64,000 nucleotides of DNA from the human T2T-CHM13v2.0 reference genome, Homo sapiens, in NCBI RefSeq assembly GCF_009914755.1, contig NC_060930.1. One strand, 5' to 3'. The position numbers and the translations under genes were made by a program. Numbering within the stretch: position 1 is the stretch's first letter; the number at the start of each line of letters is the position of its first letter. This document shows, piece after piece, positions 54,762-64,000 of this stretch. The notes beneath the pieces were generated by a model. It ran no database searches. It worked only from the letters and a program-made list of their open reading frames with translations, and had not been told where the DNA came from.

Positions 54762-55424
54762 CTCTATTTATTCACAAATTGTTTTTTCCGTTATATTTAT
54801 ATTTTCTGTCTATTGGAATCTGCTTGAACTGGAAGGCTTACAGAACTCATATTGTACCTTTGTATTCCCAAAAAACTTTCATTTGAGGAACTGAACTTGA
54901 AAGAACAGCATTGTTTCAAGCCCCAGTGAAGCTTCAAAGACAGAGGTCAAGTCAAGTTACATACCAAGCTAAGCTAAGCAGGTTTCCTCATTAACTAGAA
55001 ACTTTGATTGGCTCACATAATTAAAGACTTTCGTCACACACAACAGAGGAAGATATAAATAATTTCAGCAAAGCTACTGTTCTTCATTAATTATAAAGAA
55101 ATTTGTGGCTAAGTCTCTATTTTGAAATTAAAAATAAAACCACAATAATAAAAACCTTCATTTCCTTTTCTGGAAAAAAAAAATGCAACCCTTCCTCCTA
55201 ACTTACTCATGCTTTTGACAAAATTCATCTCCACTTTCCCTTTGCAGAGAATTCAAAAGTCTTATAATCCAAAAGGGTCAAAGGAGGACTTTAGTTTGTA
55301 ATATTATTGTTTCTGTGCTCTGAGGTGAAGAAAGGGCAACTTTTAAAAGTATTTAAGCTCACAGCCAAATATATGTAATGTTAGATTCTCATGATCTTCC
55401 TCTCTCTGAATTTTGACATATTAA

Positions 55425-56155
55425 AACTAAGTGATCACTTCATATCCCTAGGATGGTTAAAAACACAGATAATAACAAATATTGATGAGGATGTGGAGAA
55501 ATTTGAACCCTTGTATACTGTTGCTAATCAAAATAAAATGGTGCAGCTGCTCTGGAAAGCAGTGAGGCATTTCCTCAAAAAATTAAAAATGGAATTACCA
55601 TATAACCCAGCAATTCCACTTCTGGGTATATATCCAAAATAATTGAAAACAGTATCTCGGAGAGAGAGATGCATATCCATGTACATAGCAGCATTGTTCA
55701 CCAAAGCCAAGAGGTGGAAGCAACCCAAGTGTCTATTGACAGATGAATGGATTTTAAAAAGTGGTCTATATATACAATGGAGTATTACTCATCATTAAAA
55801 AAGAAAGGAAATTCTGACACATTGTATAGCACGGATGACCCTCGAGGACATTGTATTAAATGAAATAAGCCAGTCACAAAAAAGACAAATACTGTATGAT
55901 TCCACTTAATGAGACACCTATCATAGCCAAGCTCATGGAGACAGGAAGTAGAATGGTGGTTGCCAGGGCCTGGGTTGTAGGGGAATGAGGAGTTACTGTT
56001 TGGTGAATACAAAGTTTTCGTTTTACAAGTTGAAAAAGTTCTGGAGATGGTTGCACAATGATGTGAATCTATTTAACACTGCTGAACTGTGCACTTATAA
56101 ATGGTTAAGATGATAAATTTTCTTATTTATAGTCTACCAAAATGTTTGTAAAAAA
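55425..56155 (+). mobile_element. L1MB (L1MB2-4-like) 3' end
   Basis: ORF2 C-terminal peptide ELPYNPAIPLLGIYPK plus L1MB-type 3' UTR. Confidence 0.85.
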
Positions 56156-57527
56156 TGAAGCTGTCAGTACCATGGAACTAATAGTTTTGATATAATGCAT
56201 GACAGAGTCCAGACAAACTTTCTATTTAGCCTCTATCTTCATGGTTTCACAGAAATTAATTTATCTATTTAGCTCTGTCAAGTGACAGGATGTTTTAATG
56301 AGGGGAGAAATCAAATCAAGTTGATTGATCTGTTTTCATCACTTGTTCCTATAATATTGTGTAGAATATAACCTCGGGCAAGAGTTTCTAGTAACCCAAT
56401 GGTGAGGACCAGCAGAGTCCCTTTTATGAGTATGCCAGAAAGAAAAAGAAAATGGGTTTGACAGTTTGCATTTGCCTTTGAACACCATTGAGATCAGCTG
56501 GGTTCCCATCAGCCCCATGGCCAAATCCTTTATCCCCTCCCTAACTCCAGCCAAGATTGTACTAAGAAGCAGAATTTGAATTCTAAATTGCTGCCTTGGC
56601 TCAGACCTTTACTCAGATCAACCCAACTCAAATCAACTGGGGGTCAGTCTCTAGAACTAAGAAATTGCTGGACAATATTATGGAACAAAGCTCCATTCAT
56701 GATGTCCTAAAGAACCTGACTCAAACAAATGAAAGAAAATGATGTCTGCTATTTTTATTTGTGAATTAAGGATTGCCTGTTCGTCAGCTTCCACTATGCG
56801 TGTGACATTTATTTCAAAATAAGTGTAAAAATACTCGTCAAAAACAAAATCAGAAGTTGCAGTCACAAAAAACTAGTGGAGAAGTCTGGGTGCTCATTTA
56901 AGGAAGCAGTGTGCTTCCTGCCCTGTCTCGCTGCCTTGTCATTACCGTGAGGATGATGGCGTTCTGTAAGATCAAGAACGCTTCAACTAGAGCTTTGAGT
57001 AGCACTGTGCTTTTAGACCTTTCTTCTCTATTTTCTTTATTCCACACATGTTTAGATTTCTTCTTTCTTTTTTTTTTTTTTTTTTTGTTGTGCTTGTTTT
57101 TCAGCTTTTTTCAATTGCAGTTAGGGTAAACATTTGATTCTCAAACCTGCCACTTAAATATTCTGGGATTGTTTTTTTCCATGATAGTATGCAGTTACTA
57201 AAGGTTGATTTTTCCCAAATACAGAAGAATAATTCATTGCCCCTATTTGAGGATAATGGATATTTTCCACACTATTTTTATCATTAAGTGATAAATGCTG
57301 GGGTGCAATCCAGCTAAACCCAGACCCTGCTTCTGGTTGAAACGTCTTGCCATGCAAGGGGAGAGGGCTGAGGCTGAACAAAACACAATGTGCTTAGTGT
57401 GCAGAACGGGAAAGCACATTTCTAAATTACTTGGACATTAAGGTTGAAGGTTTCATTATTCAATTAAAATAAAAGCAGTTGAAAGAAATTTAAGAAGAAA
57501 AAAGAAGAAATAGAAAACACAACTACT

Positions 57528-57746
57528 GTCTGCCTCCTGGGTTCAAGCAATTCTCCTGACTCAGCCTCCCCAGTAGCTGGGACTACAGGCATGCGCCACC
57601 ACACCTGGCTAATTTTTGTATTTTTTGGTACAGACAGGGTTTCACCAAGTTGGCCAGGCTGGTCTTGAACTCCTGACCTCTAGTGATCCACCTGCCTCGG
57701 CCTCCCAAAGTGCTAGGATTACAGGTGTGAGCCACCGCATCTGGCC
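57528..57746 (-). mobile_element. AluS fragment missing its 3' end, inside the orphan insert
   Basis: tctgcctcctgggttcaagc...gagccaccgcatctggcc. Confidence 0.92.
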
Positions 57747-57749
57747 GAG

Positions 57750-58178
57750 AATCCAATAGTTTTACTTTGGGTATGTGTATGTACTTGTCCTTTAGGTGTC
57801 ATATCTAAAAAGCCATTGCCTAATCCAGGGTCATGAAGATTTACACCTGTTTCTTGTGAGAAGTTTATAGTTTTTGCTCTACTGTTTAGGTCTGTGATTC
57901 ATTTTCACTTGATTTTTTAATATAATGTAAGGTAGGGGTCCAATTTCATTATTTTGCATGAGGATATTCAGTTGTCCTGATACCATTTGTTTAAAAAGTT
58001 CTATTTTTCCCCTTTGAATTTTCTCAGTACCCTTGTCAAAAATCAATTGACCATAATATGAGAGTTTATTTCTGGATTCTCGATTCTATTCCATTCATCT
58101 CTATGCCTGTTTTTATGCCAGTACCATACTGTCTTGATTACTGTGGCTTTGTAGTAAATACTAAAATTGAGAAGTGTG
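57750..58178 (-). mobile_element. L1M ORF2 fragment, inside the orphan insert
   Basis: ggtgtcatatctaa...ccattgcctaatcca...cagtaccatactgtcttgattactgtggctttgtagtaa. Confidence 0.85.
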
Positions 58179-58358
58179 AAAAAAAAAAGAAAACACGACT
58201 ACTATACCTAATGAACAAATTGTATTGGTAATTAAAAACCTTGCCAAAAGAAAACTTTAGGCCCAGCTTCCTTCATTAATGAAGTCTCCCGGATATTTAA
58301 TAATGAAATAATATTAGTTTTACACAAACTGACTCTAGATAATATAAAAAGAGGAAAG

Positions 58359-58785
58359 TGCCCAGCACAGAAAGACACACTTCACATGTTCTCACTTATT
58401 TTGGAGAGCTAAAAATTTCAACAATTGAACTCATGGAGTTAGATGATAGAATGATGGTTACCAGAGGCTGGGAAGGGTAGTTGAGGGTAGAAAGGAAGGG
58501 AAGTGGAGATGGTTAATGGGTACAAAAAAATAGTTGAAAATGAATAAGAACTAGCATTTGCTAGCACAACAGGGTGACTATAGTCAATAATAATTTAATC
58601 TTACATTTAAAAATAACTAAAAGTATAACTGGATGGTTTGTAACTCAAAGGATAAATGCTTGAGGTGATAGATACCCATTTACTCTGATGTGATCATTAC
58701 ACATTGCATGCCTATATCAAAACATCCCACATATCCCATAAATATATACAACTACTATTTATCCACAAAAACTTAAAATTTAAAA
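58359..58785 (+). mobile_element. L1MA (L1MA1-3-like) 3' end
   Basis: cacagaaagac...gttctcacttatt...gcacaacagggtgactatagtcaataataat...aaggataaatgcttgaggtga. Confidence 0.87.
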
Positions 58786-58799
58786 AGATATATAAATCG

Positions 58800-58995
58800 T
58801 TTTCTTCTCGAACTGTGTGTGCAGATATCTCCTGGGGATCTTGTTGGAACACAGATACTGATTCAGTAGTTCTGGGCTGGGGCCTGAGATTCTGCATTTT
58901 AAAAAATGTTTTTACATTTTCAATTGTGGAAATTTGCATTTTAAAGTAAACCTTCAAGTGATACTGCTACCCCTGGTGCTCAAACACTTGAGTGA
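58800..58995. mobile_element. MER5-family fragment (MER5A1-like)
   Basis: cctggggatcttgtt...ctgattcagtagttctgggctggggcctgagattctgcattt. Confidence 0.75.
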
Positions 58996-59946
58996 TAAAA
59001 ATAAATATAAATTAAAAAATAAAATGAGGAAAGACTTCCCAACTTGTTTTAAAAGACTAGCATAAATTGGATTCCATAACATGGTAATGATACCATAAGA
59101 CAGAAAAATTACAGGCCAATATCTCTCATTATATAAACATAAAAAATTTATATAAAATATTAGGAAATTGAATCTGATGATATATTTAAAAGGATAATAT
59201 GTCACAGTTAAAGTTGGATTGGTCCTGTGAATGCGTAGTTTTTGTAATATTCAAACTCAACCAATATTATTTATACTGTTAGCAGAATAAAGGGGAATAT
59301 CTTATGATCAATTCATAGGTGCAGATAAAATTTAATAAAATTTTACATTCATTCTTAAAACTTGAAGCAAGGTAGAAATAGAAGGGAACTTCTAAATTCT
59401 GATATAAGTTATTTACAAAAACTAAGAAGAAAACTCACAGTAGATAACAAACTTAATTGTGAAATAATGAAGGATATTCTCCTGAAATTAGAATAAGAAA
59501 AGATGGACTGTTTTCACCTCTTCTGTTCAGCATGACACTAGAAGACCTAGCCAGAGCAATAAAGGACGAGAAGGTAATAAAGGTTTAAAGATTGAAAGCA
59601 ATAAATAAAACCATTATTTGTGAATGACATAATTATGTACCTACAAGATACAATAAAATCTACTCATAAACTATTAGAACTAAATGAATTTAGCAAGATC
59701 TCTGGATACAAGGTCAATATATAAAAATAAATTGTATTGCTATATACCAGCAACACATATTGAAAATAATTTTTAAATCCTGTTTTTAGTCACATAAAAA
59801 TAAAATGAAGAGATGGAGCATATTCATGGACTAGAAGACTCAATATTGTAAAGATGCCAGTCCTCCCTAAATTGATCTCAAGATTCAGTGTAATTCTAAT
59901 AAAAACCCCAATAGGTTTTTTTATGAAAATTGACAAACTGATTCTA

Positions 59947-60133
<187 letters not shown>

Positions 60134-60844
60134 GTATGTGTGGAAATTCAAAAGACCAAGAATGGTAAGAGCAATTGAAGAACCAAGTTAAAGGATGTAT
60201 ACTACTAGATGTTCAGTCTAATGATGAGGCTACAGTGATTAGAACAATGTAGTACAGGTGCAGGATAGGCAAAGATACAAGTAGAAAATAAGAAAGTGCC
60301 TAGATTTCAATTCAAACATATATAAACATCTAATTCAAGGAAAAAATTACTGTTGCAATGAAATAGGCTCTGTAAAATAAATGATGCTTAATCAATTGGT
60401 TATCTATTTTTAAGAAGCAGTTATTGTGCATATCCTCCGTGAGCATGTCTATTCTGCTTTGGTATAAAAGTCTTGTTATAGCTCAGTATTTCAAGGATAG
60501 GCATCAGAATCAACAGAAAATCTGCACATTTCTTCCCTGTGTAGTTCTCACCACCTGAAATGACTCTTGAGAAGTAGCTGAGCAAATATTTGCCTTCCTA
60601 AATATGGGTATTACCTTATCATATATGTATACAAGAAGAAAGTTAAATTATACATTTGTGACTTATTTCCTCTGAATAGTTTAATTTTTTCCTAAAGTAG
60701 GAGAGTGCTAATAATAACAGTCACAGCTGATTGAGTTTTATGTTTAAGGCAATGTGCTTGGTCTTCATATGTGAAATCTCATTCAATGACAATTAACTGC
60801 TAAACTTAATAAAAATGATTTAAGAAGTGATCACAGTTTATAAA

Positions 60845-61231
60845 TGTTATAGACTGAATGTTTGTGCCCGCCCCACCACCAAATTCATATGTTGGAGCCC
60901 TAACCCACACGTGGCTGTATTTGGTGTAAGGAAGTAACTAAAGTTAAATGAGGTTATAAATGTGGATCCCTGATCTGATAGAATTAACGTCCTTGCAAGA
61001 AGAGACACCAGAGAGCTCTCTTTCTCTGAGCACACAAACCAAGGAAAGGCCTCGTGAACACACAGCAAGAAGGCAGCCATCCGCAAGCCAGGAAGTGAGC
61101 CCTCATCAGAAGCCAAAAGGGTCAAGATCTTTATCTTGGACCTCTGGTCTTTAAAACTGTGAGAAAACAAATTCCTGTTGTTTAAGCCGGTCTATAGTGT
61201 TTTGTCATGGCAGCCCTTGCAGACTAATATA
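60845..61231 (+). mobile_element. MaLR solo LTR (MLT1A-like)
   Basis: tgttatagactgaatgtttgtg...aaattcatatgttg...ttttgtcatggcagccc...gactaata. Confidence 0.87.
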
Positions 61232-61409
61232 TCAAGCCAAAATTCTGCCTAGGAGAGAGCAAAATATTGTATCTTTAGTTCTTCTGTATATACACGAAAG
61301 CCTATCTGTACAAGTTTGTTCATTTGCAGATCTGCTTGACAAACTGTGGGCCATATCCCTAGCTTGTAAGGCTTAAAAAGGCAGTGATAATGTCATCCTT
61401 AAGTGTTCT

Positions 61410-61600
61410 CACAATGGAATCCCATGGCTTGGGTTCAAGTGCAGCTCTGCAACTTGGGCAGGTCATGTAACATCTTCTTTATCTGTCGTGTGGATAATAG
61501 TGCCAACCTCTCAGAGTTGTTGTAAGACTTACTACATAAAGTACTATGTGGAAAGCACAGAGTGCGTGGTTCCTAATACATAATAAGTGTTACCATGGTG
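61410..61600 (+). mobile_element. MIR
   Basis: ttgggttcaagt...cttgggcaggtca...cctctcagagttgttgtaag. Confidence 0.65.
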
Positions 61601-63134
61601 ATAATGGGGAGAAATCAAGTCTTCACACAAAATGTCCCCTTCAGGCAAAATATTTGTCTGGATAGACATCTGACATAGCTATGCATAGTTATGATTTTTT
61701 AAATTTTGGTTCAAAATTATTAGCTAACTTTCTTCTAACCATAGATAATAAGAACAACCAAAAACCCTCAATCTAACACTGCTGTCTTTCTCTGTCTGAT
61801 AAAAAGTCAAAGCAGTAAGAATGTAAAACCTGACTATCTTAACACTGTCTTCTGAAGATTTCATTGCAGCAGGGTTGATCCAACCATGAGTCAAAAAGCA
61901 AGCCGCCAAGCAGGCAAGCTTATTTCCATTAACTTGGCACCACAAAACACTTTGAACAAGGGTGCTATTATCTTTTAGGTAACAGGTGGTAGCTGGGATA
62001 TTAAGCCGTTCTGGGCAGGATTTCAGATTTCCATTCTTCAGTGCTTTGGGCAATACACTTCTATCATAAAGCGATCAATAATAATTAGGTGTCTGGAATG
62101 AAATACAGTACACCATTATACTTCCTACATCTGGAAGGAGAAACCCACTTCACTAGCTCTGAATCAATGAATTTTCTTTTTATTCCTGGGGGGAGTGTTA
62201 AAGGCAGCAGAGAACAGGGTGGAAATGTGAATTGTGGATCTGAGCACAATCACAAAAAAATTAGATGTTATGATACACCCTCTTACAAGTAATACAAGCA
62301 AGCCCCAGAGCATTGAGCGTTTGTGTCTAACATCAACACTTTCATCACATGACATTCTCTTTCACTGCAGGGTCACCTGTTTCACATTTAATGAAAAAGT
62401 CTGTCCTAATAGGTGATATATATGTGAAAGGACAAAGTGAAGGTTGTACGTGGGGCTTAACATAGTTTATTTTTCAGATCTTAGTTTTATCAAGTCATGT
62501 TTTACCACGTTCCCATAATAAGGGACCAATAAATGGAGACGGAATTATTTCTCATCATTCTCAGAAAAGACAACTGATATTTATTCTGTTCGAATTTGAT
62601 TTGAAGTTCCCTGTGCAGGTTGGTGCAGAGAGATAGAAAATGGAATCTGTAAGTTGTAACATAAATTTTCCTCGGTGCACTCCCAAGAATATGCAGCCTG
62701 GTCCTTGCAAAGCTATCTTCTCTCAGTTGCTTCTGACTTGTCACTTTAAACATGGTCTTCAAGGATAGTCAATCCTATTTTCCAAATTCAGAATCCTTAC
62801 TTCTGTAAAATTACTCACCTCTAAAACTTTCTGCTGGCTTTCTTCCCCCAATACTTCAAGTTTCCGTCTTGCTCTCTGGAGACTTGGAAAGAGACTAAGC
62901 AAGTGTTTGTTAAGAGCAACCTTCTGCACTCTTGTCTGACCTATTTGAAGAAATGACCAGGAAAAGACTTATTGTGGCATTTATTGCCTTATAACCACCC
63001 TTTCTTTCATTAACAGGAGTTAGTTTACTGGCCAGCTGCATGATTTCATTATATGATGACTGAGTGTTTTATTCCCCCTCAGAAACTATTGCAATAGTAC
63101 AAAGAAGCAGAGTTAGTAACAATGTCGTTTAATT

Positions 63135-63890
63135 TTTTTTATGTGGGAAATAAAATATAAATTGAGAAAGTGGGTTAAGCATCAATATACAGTTTAACAG
63201 TTGGTCATAAAGTGAACACCGTGTAACCACTGCCCAAGTCAAAAAAAGTAAATATTGCCAGCACCTGGAAGCCCCTTAATGTACCTTTCTAATTGTAATT
63301 CCCCTCCCCACCAGAGGTAGCCACTGTCCTGATATTTTATTGTAATCATAGCCTTCCTTTGCTTTGTAGTTCTAAAGCTTAGAGATACATTTCTCTAAAC
63401 CATATATTGAGTTTTTCTGGGTTTTGAACTTTATATAAATGGAACCATAGTATATGTGTTCTTTTGCCTTGTTTTTTTTTTCACTCAGCATGGCTTGTAA
63501 GATTCATTTGTGTGTTTACTGGTTTTTTTTTTTTTTGAAAATTTGCAAACATAAGAGAAGTTGAGAGAATTGTATAATGATATAACTATATATGCTATAA
63601 TTGCATTGCCATCACATGACTAAGATTTGCCTATATCAATTGCTTTTTCCTTCTGAAGTGTTTTAATGTAAATTACAGACGTCTGTAATCATACATCTCC
63701 AAAAAAAATAAGGAAAGTGTTCTGTGTAATCCAAGACCATTATATGTAGCAAAACTAATTATAATTCCCTAATATGATCTAATACCCAGTTCATATTCAT
63801 ATTTACCTAGCTGACCCCAAAATGCTTCAACAGCTGGTTTGTTCAAACTAAGATCCAATCAAAATTCATGAAGAATGCACTTTTGACAGC
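63135..63890 (-). mobile_element. Ancient L1ME/L1MC 3' fragments
   Basis: gtgtaaccactgcccaagtcaa...gaactttatataaatggaa; ataattccctaatatgatctaatacccag. Confidence 0.6.
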
Positions 63891-64000
63891 ATGCTGAAAA
63901 TGAGGCTGTTTCCTTCCTTTTTTTTCACATATACCTACTCAGTTAACAGAGCTCCCATAGGACCTGACTTCAGGTACTTATCCCATAGTCAAGAGGAAAA

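Overview
Primate, most likely human or other hominid (it carries an SVA), non-coding genomic DNA that is intergenic or deep intronic. I can support no protein-coding exon, RNA gene or CRISPR-like system; the listed ORFs are repeat-derived or chance ORFs. Roughly half the window is transposon relics: Alu, L1PB1/L1PA/L1MA/L1MB/L1M, L2, MIR, MaLR and ERV1 LTRs, MER1A, MER20, MER58A, MER5 and Tigger1. The most notable structures are three insertions within 48.5-59.0 kb whose target-site duplications (TSDs) enclose extra passenger DNA. (1) A full-length SVA plus ~1.37 kb of 3'-transduced DNA and a second poly(A), inside Tigger1. (2) An 'orphan' ~650 bp polyadenylated insert made only of antisense Alu and L1 fragments. 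(3) An L1MA 3' end apparently carrying an older MER5 fragment. There is also an old microhomology-bounded tandem duplication at 0.5-2.2 kb and several small templated rearrangement scars. All repeat family and subfamily calls come from remembered consensus sequences, not from a search, and boundaries of old elements are approximate.
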